This document shows, piece by piece, positions 42,129 to 51,817 of a stretch of 64,000 nucleotides of DNA; position 1 is the stretch's first letter, and every line of letters starts with the position of its first letter. This stretch comes from an uncultured Oscillospiraceae bacterium (GTDB taxonomy: Bacteria; Bacillota; Clostridia; Christensenellales; CAG-314), in contig CAZADD010000002.1 in NCBI GenBank assembly GCA_964483825.1, positions 5,485 through 69,484 on the forward strand. Reading direction: 5' to 3'. A model generated the notes under the pieces. That model worked only from the letters and a program-made list of their open reading frames with translations, did not search any database and was not told the origin of the DNA. The translations under genes were made by a program, and so were the position numbers.

Positions 42129-42356
42129 AACGTTGATCGAGTTCAAGAGTTTGCGGACAACAACTGTAAAGCGACTGAAGGGTGGTGTGAGCTTCGGCGT
42201 TGCGCAAAAAGATATTCGCTCGGGAGTTCTTGCGGTGAAACCTAGTAGCCGTTTGCGGGTTGTCGCCGTTATACGACCACGAGGAAAAACTTTGTTTTTC
42301 GAAAATAGGTGGTACCACGAAAATTTTCGTCCTATTGTTAGTAGGGCGTTTTTTAT
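42129..42356 (+). promoter_or_regulatory. T-box riboswitch leader (Phe specifier) controlling pheS-pheT
   Basis: AGAGU bulge-like element (42145-42149), distal-loop-like GGUGUGA (42184-42190), and UUC at 42215-42217 in 'gauaUUCgcucg'. The T-box sequence 'aaauaGGUGGUACCACG' (42303-42319) has a UGGU bulge matching an ACCA tRNA 3' end. Terminator stem 42328-42335 / 42341-42348 plus a T run, 18 nt before the pheS ATG. Confidence 0.8.
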
Positions 42357-42373
42357 TGTTAAGGAGAAAATTT

Positions 42374-43390
42374 ATGGACAAAATTACTGAAATTCAAAAA
42401 CTTTGTCTCGAACAACTTTCAACTTGTTCTGATCTTGCGTCGCTGCAAGATTTGAAAGTTAAATATTTGGGCAAAAGCGGCGAACTCACTTCTTTGTTGA
42501 AATCCATCAGAGATTTGCCTGCCGAAGAAAAACCGTCGTTTGGCGCAAAAGTCAACCAATTACGCAATTTGTTGGAAGATTCTTTCGATGCAAAAAGCAA
42601 ACAATTGAAAGAAGGCGAAATGCAACGCAAATTGCAAGAAGAAAGGGTGGATATCAGCGTTTCCGCAATGCAAACGTGGGGCGCACTGCATCCCGTCACG
42701 TTGGTGGAAAACAAAATTAGTGAACTGCTCATTTCCATGGGCTTTGAAGTTTTGTCCGGGCCCGAAATTGAAACGGACTACTACAATTTCCAAGCGTTGA
42801 ACATTCCTGCCGATCACCCTGCACGCGATATGCAAGATACTTTTTATCTTTCCGACGGTATTTTGTTGCGCACTCAAACTTCGGCGGTGCAAGCCCGTCT
42901 TATGGAAAAGCAACAACCGCCCATCAAAATGATTTGTCCGGGCAAAGTGTTCCGTTCGGATAGTGACTCGTCCCACTCGCCCGTGTTTCATCAAATGGAA
43001 GGTCTTGTTGTGGACGAAAACGTCACGCTGTGCGATTTGAAAGGCACTTTGGAATATTTGGCAAAAAATTTGTTTGGCAAGGAGACGCAAGTTCGATTCC
43101 GTCCATCCTATTTCCCGTTTACGGAGCCCAGTGTAGAAGTTGACCTAACTTGTAGCAACTGTGGCGGCAAAGGTTGTTCGTTGTGCAAGGGCACGGGCTG
43201 GATAGAGGTTTTGGGCGCAGGTATGGTTAATCCAGCCGTGCTGGAAATGAGCGGAATCGACAGTGAAAAGTACACGGGCTTTGCGTTTGGTTTGGGAATT
43301 GAACGTATGGCAATGATAAAGTACGGCATCCCCGATATTCGTTTGTTCTACGAAAATGACAAACGTTTTTTGAAGCAATTCGGTAAATAA
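42374..43390 (+). CDS. pheS: Phenylalanine--tRNA ligase alpha subunit
   Basis: 'HP......DTFY', 'FRPSYFPFTEPS', 'GAGMV.P.VL'. ATG after AAGGAG. Confidence 0.95.
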   Translation: MDKITEIQKLCLEQLSTCSDLASLQDLKVKYLGKSGELTSLLKSIRDLPAEEKPSFGAKVNQLRNLLEDSFDAKSKQLKEGEMQRKLQEERVDISVSAMQTWGALHPVTLVENKISELLISMGFEVLSGPEIETDYYNFQALNIPADHPARDMQDTFYLSDGILLRTQTSAVQARLMEKQQPPIKMICPGKVFRSDSDSSHSPVFHQMEGLVVDENVTLCDLKGTLEYLAKNLFGKETQVRFRPSYFPFTEPSVEVDLTCSNCGGKGCSLCKGTGWIEVLGAGMVNPAVLEMSGIDSEKYTGFAFGLGIERMAMIKYGIPDIRLFYENDKRFLKQFGK

Positions 43391-43400
43391 GGAGATTTCT

Positions 43401-45776
43401 ATGAAAGCACCTCTTTCTTGGATTAAAGATTTTGTTGACATCAACGTCGATATTGACACTTTGTGCAAAAAAATGGTGGATATCGGGTTGGAAATTGAAG
43501 AAGTTATCTATCTTGGCGAGCATGTGACAAATGTTAAAGTGTGCCAAATAAAGGAAATCTCTCAACACCCCAATGCTGAGCGTTTGCTGTGTTGCAAGGT
43601 TGATATCGGCACTGAAATTATCCCCATTGTTACAAACGATCATCACGTGCAAGTGGGGGATAAAGTTCCCGTTGCATTGCACAACGCCAATCTTGCCAAC
43701 GGTTTGCATATCACCAAAGGCAAAATGCGCGGTGAAGAATCGTGGGGGATGTTTTGCGGCGCGGAAGAATTGGGCATAAATTCCGATTATTACGTGGGCG
43801 CAGATACAGACGGCGTTTTGATTTTGCGTGATTCCGCCGTTGTTGGTGAAGATATTCGCAAAGAAGTTGGCATTGACGACTACGTACTGGACGTTTGTGT
43901 TACTGCAAACCGTCAAGATTGCAACAGTGTGTTCGGTCTTGCTAGGGAAATTGCCGTTGCGCTTGGAACTACTTGCAAGCAACCGGACGTGTCCTACACC
44001 GAAAGCGACGTGTGCACAAACAGTCTTGTTGACGTAAGTGTTCGTGACTTGGATGTTTGCTCTACCTACTTTATGCAAGGCGTGACGGACGTTAACGTTC
44101 AAAAATCTCCTGTGTGGTTGACAAGCCGTTTGGCGAAGGTCGGTTTGCGCGGCATCAACAACATGGTTGATATAACAAACTACGTTTTGTTCGAAATTGG
44201 TCAACCCATGCACGCTTTTGACCATTCGGATATTTCCGATAGTGCAATTGTCGTTCGCAGAGCCACTGACGGCGAAAAAATTGTTCCGTTGGATGATAAG
44301 GAGTATGTTTTGACCTCGGAAGATATCGTTATTGCCGATAAAACCCGGGCAGTAGGCCTTGCGGGCATCATGGGCGGTGCAAATTCCGGCATTAAAGATA
44401 CTACAAAAACTGTACTTTTTGAATCCGCATCGTTCGCTCGCGGTAATATTCGTCGTACTAGCCGTCGTTTGGGGCTGCGCAGCGATTCTTCCGCTAGATT
44501 TGAAAAAGGCATTGATTCTTGCACGAATTTGTTGGGCTTGAAGCGTGCGTTGCACCTTGTGGAACAGCTTGGGGCTGGCAAAGTGGCGAAAGGCGCATAT
44601 TCTCTTGGAAAATTGCCGGAAAATAAAACTATTGTTTTTGAGCAATCTCGCATTCAAAAATTGCTGGGTATTGTTATTGACGAGCAACGTATTGTTTCTA
44701 TTTTGGAATCGCTGAACATCAAAACAACCGTTGAAAACGGCGTTGTTACTTGCATTGTACCGCCTTACCGTGACGATATTTTCCGCGATTGCGATATTAT
44801 TGAAGAGCTTATCCGTGTGTACGGCTACGACAATATCACAGGCACGTTGATGGAAAACTCTCACATAACTTGTGGTGGAAAAACGCCCGAAGACAAAAAT
44901 TGTGACAAAATTCGCACGGTTTTGAATGGTTTGCGTTATGACGAATGTATTTTCTATCCGTTTGGAGGAAAAGCACTGTTCGAAAAGGCTTCTTTGCAAC
45001 CGATTGACGAAAGCCAATATATCAAGCTTATCAATCCCATTGGCGAAGAACTTTCCATGATGAATCTTTCGCTTGTCCCCAACATGTTGCAATGCGTCGC
45101 ATTGAATTTGTCCAGAAATCTTCACGATTTGAAACTGTTTGAATTGGGCAAGGCTTATATTGCAAAATCGTTGCCGCTAACAGAGCTTCCTGACGAAGAG
45201 AAACGCTTATCGGTTGCTGCTACGGAAATTTCTTTCGAGCAATTCCGTGATGTGGTTTTGCAAGTTTTGCACGCTTTCGTTGACGGTGGTGTCAAGTTGG
45301 TGCGTTCTCAAAACGCCTCGTTGCACCCCGGCATTTCGGCCGATGTGTATGTGGACGGTGAATTTTGCGGTAGTTTTGGTAAAATTCATCCGCAAATTGC
45401 CCAAAATTTTGATATTAACGTCGATTGCTATATTGCCGAATTGGTGTTGAACAACTTGTTCAAGCACAGTCGTGGTGAAATAAAGTATCAAGCGTTTGGT
45501 AGATTCCCGTCAATAACCAGAGACTTTGCGTTTGTTGCCGACGAAGACATCATGGCTCAGGATATTTTGGATGAATTTTTGAAGTTGCCTCACGTTTGTG
45601 ATGCAAAATTATTTGACGTGTACCGTAGCGAACAGCTTGGAACAGGCAAAAAGAGTTTGGCGATATCCGTCGAATTCCGTGATAACAACAAAACTTTGCA
45701 AGATTCCGACATTGAAAAACAAGTTGGAAAAGCACTTAAAAATATCAAAGAAAAATATAACGCCGTGTTGCGTTAA
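43401..45776 (+). CDS. pheT: Phenylalanine--tRNA ligase beta subunit
   Basis: 'MKAPLSWIKDFV' N-terminus, tRNA-binding OB domain, B3/4 and B5 domains, and a C-terminal FDX-ACB domain. 791 aa. Confidence 0.95.
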   Translation: MKAPLSWIKDFVDINVDIDTLCKKMVDIGLEIEEVIYLGEHVTNVKVCQIKEISQHPNAERLLCCKVDIGTEIIPIVTNDHHVQVGDKVPVALHNANLANGLHITKGKMRGEESWGMFCGAEELGINSDYYVGADTDGVLILRDSAVVGEDIRKEVGIDDYVLDVCVTANRQDCNSVFGLAREIAVALGTTCKQPDVSYTESDVCTNSLVDVSVRDLDVCSTYFMQGVTDVNVQKSPVWLTSRLAKVGLRGINNMVDITNYVLFEIGQPMHAFDHSDISDSAIVVRRATDGEKIVPLDDKEYVLTSEDIVIADKTRAVGLAGIMGGANSGIKDTTKTVLFESASFARGNIRRTSRRLGLRSDSSARFEKGIDSCTNLLGLKRALHLVEQLGAGKVAKGAYSLGKLPENKTIVFEQSRIQKLLGIVIDEQRIVSILESLNIKTTVENGVVTCIVPPYRDDIFRDCDIIEELIRVYGYDNITGTLMENSHITCGGKTPEDKNCDKIRTVLNGLRYDECIFYPFGGKALFEKASLQPIDESQYIKLINPIGEELSMMNLSLVPNMLQCVALNLSRNLHDLKLFELGKAYIAKSLPLTELPDEEKRLSVAATEISFEQFRDVVLQVLHAFVDGGVKLVRSQNASLHPGISADVYVDGEFCGSFGKIHPQIAQNFDINVDCYIAELVLNNLFKHSRGEIKYQAFGRFPSITRDFAFVADEDIMAQDILDEFLKLPHVCDAKLFDVYRSEQLGTGKKSLAISVEFRDNNKTLQDSDIEKQVGKALKNIKEKYNAVLR

Positions 45777-45785
45777 AGGTGAAGT

Positions 45786-48029
45786 TTGAATACCGAAAAA
45801 TACGAAATTTTGGCACCGGCCGGCAGTATCGATCAGCTGATGGCAGCGGTAAATAATGGGTGTGATGCCGTCTATTTGGGGCTTGATTCTTTCAACGCAA
45901 GAATGAAAGCGCCCAACTTTACTGCACAAAATTTGCGTCAGTGGGTGGATTATTGCCACTTTTTCGGTGTTCGGGTTTACGTAACCGTAAACACGTCAAT
46001 CAAAAACACGGAGTTCCGTCGTGCAGCCGAAACAATCTGTGTCGCCTATGATTGTTTTGCTGACGGTGTTATTGTGACCGATTTAGCATTATTGCGTTAC
46101 GCTGCAACCTTCCCTAAACCGTTCAATGTTGTGGCAAGTACGCAACTTAACGTTCACGATAGGTACGGTGCGGAATTTGTTAAAAATCTCGGTGCCGATA
46201 CGGTGGTGTGTTCGCGTGAGTGCACATATGAACAAATTTCCGAAATTGCATCAACGGGTATAAAGGTGGAATGCTTTTTGCACGGCGCTTTGTGCGTGTG
46301 CCAATCGGGACAATGCCTTTTTTCCTCCATCGTCGGCGGAAACAGCGGCAATAGGGGGTTGTGTGCGCAGCCTTGCCGCAAATTGTACAAGTCGAACGTG
46401 GGGAAATACACGGACGGTGGCTATTTGCTTTCAACAAAAGATATGTGCGGTTTGGATTCGGCACAAAAGTTGCTTGAAAGCGGTGCAACAACGTTCAAAA
46501 TTGAAGGGCGAAACAGACGCCCCGAATATGCCGGCGCAACGTCAAAAGTGTATTCGGAACTGTTTGCTAACAATTTTAACCGCACTGATGAACAGTTCAA
46601 TTTGCTTGCGGAAATGTTTAACCGAGGAAATTTGCCGTCATGCAACTACCTAACGGGTCAAAATGACGGTCTAATTTTCCCTGATGCACAAAATCATATT
46701 GGCGTGCATGTTGGAAGTGTTAAAAACGGATGCGTGGATTGTTTTGTGTCGCTGAAAAAGGGCGACGGATTGAAAGTGTTTGACGGTGGCCGAGAGTTTT
46801 GCGGTGGAGTTGTGTTGGAGGACGGAATTGGCATTGTTCGTGCGCAATTTTCCGGTAGTGTCAAAAACGGCATGACTGTTCACAGAACGACCTCAACTGA
46901 ACTTTGCAGTCAAATTTTATCCGCTCGCCGTCGTTTGCCGCTGAAATTAAAATTTACTGCTTTTTGTGGCGAACCTTGCCGTTTAACACTTACTTCAGAC
47001 GGTATTTCGATCACTGTAAAATCGGAAGAAAAAGTGCCTTCGGCAATATCTAGACCCACAACCAAGGAAGATTTTGTTGCGCAGTTGGAAAAAATTGGCG
47101 ATTTTCTATTTGAATTAACGTCGATAGATGTGGAATGTGGCGAAGTGTTTATGCCTAAATCTCAAATAAATGCACTTAGGCGTGACGGACTGTCGTTGTT
47201 GGCCTCCGTTATTATTGGCACACATCATAAAAAATTCGTTGACCGCACTTCAAGTGATGCACCAATTCCCACAAAATCCGGTGTTGTCGCAAATACTAAG
47301 CCTTGTTTGGCTGTTTTGTGTCGCACACGGGAAGAGGTTGATTCGTGTCGTGATGTTGCGGAGTATGTTTTGTATAAGCCGAATTTTATCGATGCTGAAA
47401 CTGTGGCAAATTTACCCTCAAATTGCTATGTGGATTTGCCGCCGTTTTGCGATTGTCACTACGTTAAAAAGTTGCTGGACGCGCAGCGTTTCGGTATTGT
47501 TTGTAATAACATTGGGCATGTGCAGTTAGCTCGTGAGATGGGCATTCCCTACGTTGCCGGGTTCGGGCTGAATTTGTTCAATGATGAAATTGTTGCGGAA
47601 TTCTCGGATGCTGACAGTTTTTTGTATTCGCAAGAGCTAACTTTATCCGAAATATCCGCGTTTCAAAACAAAAGCGGGCTGGTTTTTGTTGACGGGAAAA
47701 TTTCTCTCATGAAATTGGTGCACTGTCCCTACAAAGTGGTGTTTGGCGGCAGTTGTGCGCAGTGTAAGGCGGAAAAGCAGCTTGTGTATACCGACGAATT
47801 GGGCAACAGTTTCGAAATCGTCCGCAGAAAAGCAAACAAATGCAATTTTGAATTGTACAACGGTAACAAATTGTCCGTTGCGGATAAGTTGTCAGTTGCC
47901 GGGCGTTACTGTGTCGACTGCGACGAGAAAGTAGTCGCTCACTATGCTAACTTGAATAAAGGCATTTTTGACGGTTATGTTGAAACGAAAAATTACACGC
48001 GTGGCCGTCTGTATAAGAAAACCATATAA
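45786..48029 (+). CDS. Peptidase U32 family protein (long form)
   Basis: 'EILAPAGS...AV..GCDAVYLG...FNAR' and 'KIEGR.R' U32 patterns. TTG start. 747 aa. Confidence 0.85.
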   Translation: MNTEKYEILAPAGSIDQLMAAVNNGCDAVYLGLDSFNARMKAPNFTAQNLRQWVDYCHFFGVRVYVTVNTSIKNTEFRRAAETICVAYDCFADGVIVTDLALLRYAATFPKPFNVVASTQLNVHDRYGAEFVKNLGADTVVCSRECTYEQISEIASTGIKVECFLHGALCVCQSGQCLFSSIVGGNSGNRGLCAQPCRKLYKSNVGKYTDGGYLLSTKDMCGLDSAQKLLESGATTFKIEGRNRRPEYAGATSKVYSELFANNFNRTDEQFNLLAEMFNRGNLPSCNYLTGQNDGLIFPDAQNHIGVHVGSVKNGCVDCFVSLKKGDGLKVFDGGREFCGGVVLEDGIGIVRAQFSGSVKNGMTVHRTTSTELCSQILSARRRLPLKLKFTAFCGEPCRLTLTSDGISITVKSEEKVPSAISRPTTKEDFVAQLEKIGDFLFELTSIDVECGEVFMPKSQINALRRDGLSLLASVIIGTHHKKFVDRTSSDAPIPTKSGVVANTKPCLAVLCRTREEVDSCRDVAEYVLYKPNFIDAETVANLPSNCYVDLPPFCDCHYVKKLLDAQRFGIVCNNIGHVQLAREMGIPYVAGFGLNLFNDEIVAEFSDADSFLYSQELTLSEISAFQNKSGLVFVDGKISLMKLVHCPYKVVFGGSCAQCKAEKQLVYTDELGNSFEIVRRKANKCNFELYNGNKLSVADKLSVAGRYCVDCDEKVVAHYANLNKGIFDGYVETKNYTRGRLYKKTI

Positions 48030-48184
48030 CGTATTGTGCGTTATCGGTTTGATACAGGAAAATCGCGTTTTGTTTGCAAGGGGCTCGAACGCCGCTGTTT
48101 TGCATAATTAAAGTACAAAACGCCAGTTTTGAAATCTTTCGCCACAAGACAAAAGATCTACTTTGTGTAGTATATATTTGAATT

Positions 48185-50566
48185 ATGATAAAAGAAAAAA
48201 CACTAAAAAAATTGCAATATGGCGATATTTTGCAACAGGTTTCAACCTTTTGTATAAGTGAAGTTGCCAAACGAAAAGTATTGCAAATATTGCCAGCGGA
48301 AAGCTTCGAAGATGCGCAAGCGCTGCTGTTGGAAACGAAACAAGCCTACAATTTGTTTCAATATGAAACGTCGTTTGACCTTGCTGTTGACGATGTGGCT
48401 GAAATTTGTTCCTTGGCTCGCGTTGGCTACTGTCTTTCGATGGGGCAGCTGTTGCAGATTATGCGCACCCTTCGAACAGCGAGAAATTTGCAGTCGTCGT
48501 TGTTTTTCGACTACGGAATTGATGTTTCGGCATTGCAAAACCGCGCTTATGCGTTGTTTGTTGATAAAGATTTGGAAGACGATATAGATTTTTCGATACT
48601 TTCCGAAGACGAAATGAACGATAAGGCTTCGGATGAATTGTTTGCCATTCGCAAAAAAATCAAGGCAATTAACGCTGATATTAAGCAAAAATTGCAAAGT
48701 TACACCAAAAACAGCGAATTATCCAAGTACTTGCAGGATAGCATTGTTACTTTGCGTGGCGATAGATATGTTATTCCTGTAAAGCAAGAGTACAAGTCGT
48801 TTGTTAACGGCATCGTACACGATCAGTCGGCAACGGGCGCAACGTTATTTGTGGAGCCAATGGCAATTGTGCAGTTGAACAACGCTTTGCGTGAGGCTAC
48901 TTTAGCGGAAAAGGCGGAAATTCAGCGTATTTTGCAAGCGTTCACTGATAGAATTTCGCCGATTGCGGAGCGCATTCGTGTTTCCGAAGAAACAATCAGC
49001 GATATTGACGTGATTTTTAGTAAGGTTAAGTATGCGCTTGATAACAAGTGTACTTTTCCTGAATTGAATAACAATGGAATTGTTGATGCAAAAAAGGCAC
49101 GTCATCCGTTGTTGGACAGGAAAAAAGTGGTGCCCGTTTCGGTAAAATTGGGCGAAAACTACGACGTTATCGTTGTCACCGGGCCGAACACCGGCGGAAA
49201 AACCGTCACTTTGAAAACTCTGGGATTGATGAGTTTGCTTGCAATGAGCGGTATGTTCGTGCCCTGTTCGGAAGAAAGTAAGTTTGCGTTTTTTAAGCAA
49301 ATTTATTGCGACATTGGCGACGAACAAAGTATAGAACAAAATCTTTCCACGTTTTCGGGGCATATCACTAATTTGCGTGACATTTTGAACGAATGCGGCA
49401 ATGGTGACCTTGTTCTTATCGACGAGGTTGGTGCCGGAACGGAACCGAACGAGGGCTCGGCTTTGGCGCTCGCCGTGACGGATTTTTTGCGTAAAAGCGG
49501 TGCAAAATGCGTGATAACAACCCATTATGGCAAGTTGAAAGAATATTCTCTCACAACTCCGCGTGTCGAAAATGCTTCCATGGAATTTGATCTTGCAACG
49601 CTGGCACCTACCTACAAATTGATAATGGGTGTGCCAGGAAGTTCCAATGCCTTGGCCATTGCTGCGAAATTGGGGCTGCGTTCGGACGTGATAGAATTTG
49701 CGCACAACAACGTTTCGGATGAAAAACTTGCTTTCGAAAAAGTTTTGCAAAATGCCGATACGATACGCAAACAGTACGAGGCTCAGTTGGAACAAGTTGC
49801 CGAAGATAGAAGAATTTTGGCACAAGAATTGGAGAAAAACAAGAAACTTAACGGTAGTTTGCAAAGCGAACGGGACAAGTATTTGCAAAATTCCAAATTG
49901 GAAGCAAAGAGAATTGTTGAAAAAGCCCAAGAAAAGGCGAATGAAATAGTATCGGAATTGAAGCAAATTTTGAATACTGACGTTACGGACAAGGACTTGT
50001 TTGCCGCAAGAGCGAAGGCGAAAGAACTGAAAAACGTTGTGACTGAAGAAGATGCCGATGATGGTGACGAGGTTGTGTTCACCGGTAACAAAGTTGATTT
50101 CAACAAATTGCATGTCGGCGACGTGGTGTTCTCCAAAAAGTTGGACGTCAAGGTAAAGGTGGCGGAAATCAAGGGCTACAAGCGCATTCTTGTCAAGTTC
50201 GGCGCAATATCTTCGGAAGTTTCCGCCGACGACTTGTACGAATGTGTTTCCGAGCAAAAAAGGAAAATTTCACGCTATCAGCCGCGTTCGGATAAACCTA
50301 AAACGGAAATTAACACGCGCAGCTTTAATAATGAAATTAACGTTATTGGACAGCGTGTGGACGAAGCGGTGGCGAATGTCGATGCGTTTATCGAACAATC
50401 CGTTTTGGCCGGAATTGGTCAAGTTTGGATAATCCACGGCATGGGCACCGGGCGTTTGCGTTCAGGAATTCATCAATATTTGCGTTCTAACAAAAATGTT
50501 TTGGAATTCCGCTTGGGTAAGTATGGTGAAGGCGAAAGCGGTGTGACTGTAGCTACTTTGAAGTAA
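48185..50566 (+). CDS. mutS2: Endonuclease MutS2
   Basis: 'ARHPLL', 'TGPNTGGKTV', 'DE.G.GT.P.EG.AL', and a C-terminal Smr domain 'IDVRG....EA......IHGMGTGRLR'-like. Confidence 0.95.
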   Translation: MIKEKTLKKLQYGDILQQVSTFCISEVAKRKVLQILPAESFEDAQALLLETKQAYNLFQYETSFDLAVDDVAEICSLARVGYCLSMGQLLQIMRTLRTARNLQSSLFFDYGIDVSALQNRAYALFVDKDLEDDIDFSILSEDEMNDKASDELFAIRKKIKAINADIKQKLQSYTKNSELSKYLQDSIVTLRGDRYVIPVKQEYKSFVNGIVHDQSATGATLFVEPMAIVQLNNALREATLAEKAEIQRILQAFTDRISPIAERIRVSEETISDIDVIFSKVKYALDNKCTFPELNNNGIVDAKKARHPLLDRKKVVPVSVKLGENYDVIVVTGPNTGGKTVTLKTLGLMSLLAMSGMFVPCSEESKFAFFKQIYCDIGDEQSIEQNLSTFSGHITNLRDILNECGNGDLVLIDEVGAGTEPNEGSALALAVTDFLRKSGAKCVITTHYGKLKEYSLTTPRVENASMEFDLATLAPTYKLIMGVPGSSNALAIAAKLGLRSDVIEFAHNNVSDEKLAFEKVLQNADTIRKQYEAQLEQVAEDRRILAQELEKNKKLNGSLQSERDKYLQNSKLEAKRIVEKAQEKANEIVSELKQILNTDVTDKDLFAARAKAKELKNVVTEEDADDGDEVVFTGNKVDFNKLHVGDVVFSKKLDVKVKVAEIKGYKRILVKFGAISSEVSADDLYECVSEQKRKISRYQPRSDKPKTEINTRSFNNEINVIGQRVDEAVANVDAFIEQSVLAGIGQVWIIHGMGTGRLRSGIHQYLRSNKNVLEFRLGKYGEGESGVTVATLK

Positions 50567-50650
50567 CGTAACCCAAAAAATCGATATTGTATCGGAAAAT
50601 CAAGTTTTGAAGAATATTATGCTTGAAATAATATCATAAGAAGGTTGTAA

Positions 50651-51790
50651 ATGATTAAGTATTTTGATAATTGTGCAACAACCCGTGCCGATGACGACGT
50701 TGTTGAAACGTTGGTGGAATATTCCACAAAAAAGTTTTTCAATCCATCCGCACGCAGCACGTATAGCATGGAAGTTGCAAACGATATTGCTGCGGCACGC
50801 AGTGAAGTGGCAAAACTTTTGGGCGCAAACGTCAATGGCGTGTACTTCACGTCGGGCGGAACGGAATCGGATAACATTGGTATTGTTGGCACTGTTCGTG
50901 GAAAAAAGGGCAACGTAGTTGCAACCGCTTCGGAACATTCGGCCGTCTACAACGTGCTGATGGATATGCAAAACAAGGGCATAGAAGTGCGTTTTGCCAA
51001 GGTGCAACGCGATGGACATATCGACGTTCAAGACTTTTTGTCCAAGGTGGATTCTCAAACGGTTTTGGCTTGTTTTATGCACGTCAATAACGAAACGGGA
51101 GCCATCAACGACGTAAAACTTTTGAATGATGGTGTAAAGGCCGTTGCGCCCCAAGCAATCACGTTTTGCGACGGTGTTCAAGCTGTCGGCAAAATTTCCG
51201 TAAATATCGCTAATCTCGGCGTGGATGTTTACACTCTTTCGGGGCACAAATTCCATTCCCCAAAAGGTGTTGGCGCACTTATCACTTCAAATTTTTTGCG
51301 CCCCAATCCCATCGTTTTGGGCGGCGGACAGGAAAAAGGTTTGCGTTCGGGCACTGAGAACGTCGGGGCAATCATTGCAATGTCGCATGCATTGCGCACG
51401 GCAGTAGGCAATGTGCAAGCAAACTCCCTTCGCTACGAAAAGTACAAGCAAATTATTCGCAACGCTCTTGCGCCGCTTACCAATTGGCGTGAAAACTGCA
51501 CGGAAAATTGTTCCCCTGCCATAATGTCTTTGGCTTTTGCCGGCATCAAAGGCGAAGTGCTTTTGCACATGTTGGAACGCTACGAAATTATCGTCGGCAC
51601 AGGCTCGGCGTGCAGTTCCAAAAACAAGCAAAGCCGCATTGCCAAAACTATAGGCTTGCCCGTCGATTATTCCGAAGGTATCATACGCATAAGTTTTTCC
51701 AAGTACAACACCGAAGAAGAAGTGTGTCTTCTTGCTGAAAAACTTGCCGAATGCGTCGTATCGTTGCGCAAAACTATGCACGTGTTTTAA
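50651..51790 (+). CDS. Cysteine desulfurase (NifS/NifZ type) paired with thiI
   Basis: Class V aminotransferase with PLP lysine in 'SGHKFHSPKGVG' and active-site 'GSACSS'. Immediately upstream of thiI. Confidence 0.9.
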   Translation: MIKYFDNCATTRADDDVVETLVEYSTKKFFNPSARSTYSMEVANDIAAARSEVAKLLGANVNGVYFTSGGTESDNIGIVGTVRGKKGNVVATASEHSAVYNVLMDMQNKGIEVRFAKVQRDGHIDVQDFLSKVDSQTVLACFMHVNNETGAINDVKLLNDGVKAVAPQAITFCDGVQAVGKISVNIANLGVDVYTLSGHKFHSPKGVGALITSNFLRPNPIVLGGGQEKGLRSGTENVGAIIAMSHALRTAVGNVQANSLRYEKYKQIIRNALAPLTNWRENCTENCSPAIMSLAFAGIKGEVLLHMLERYEIIVGTGSACSSKNKQSRIAKTIGLPVDYSEGIIRISFSKYNTEEEVCLLAEKLAECVVSLRKTMHVF

Positions 51791-51817
51791 TCAAACTACA
51801 TTTTTACGGAGACTGTC

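Noticed and set aside
41902-42390. 162-aa + strand ORF upstream of and overlapping the pheS start
   Set aside because: It covers the promoter, the T-box leader and the terminator. The sequence is better explained as regulatory RNA. No SD.
43227-45125. 632-aa ORF on the minus strand overlapping pheS/pheT
   Set aside because: It is exactly codon-aligned antisense to pheT, which has strong family motifs. The antisense translation is low-complexity with no SD. Its length is explained by host avoidance of TTA/CTA/TCA.
48902-50257. 451-aa minus-strand ORF inside mutS2
   Set aside because: Same codon-aligned antisense artefact. mutS2 on the + strand is unambiguous.
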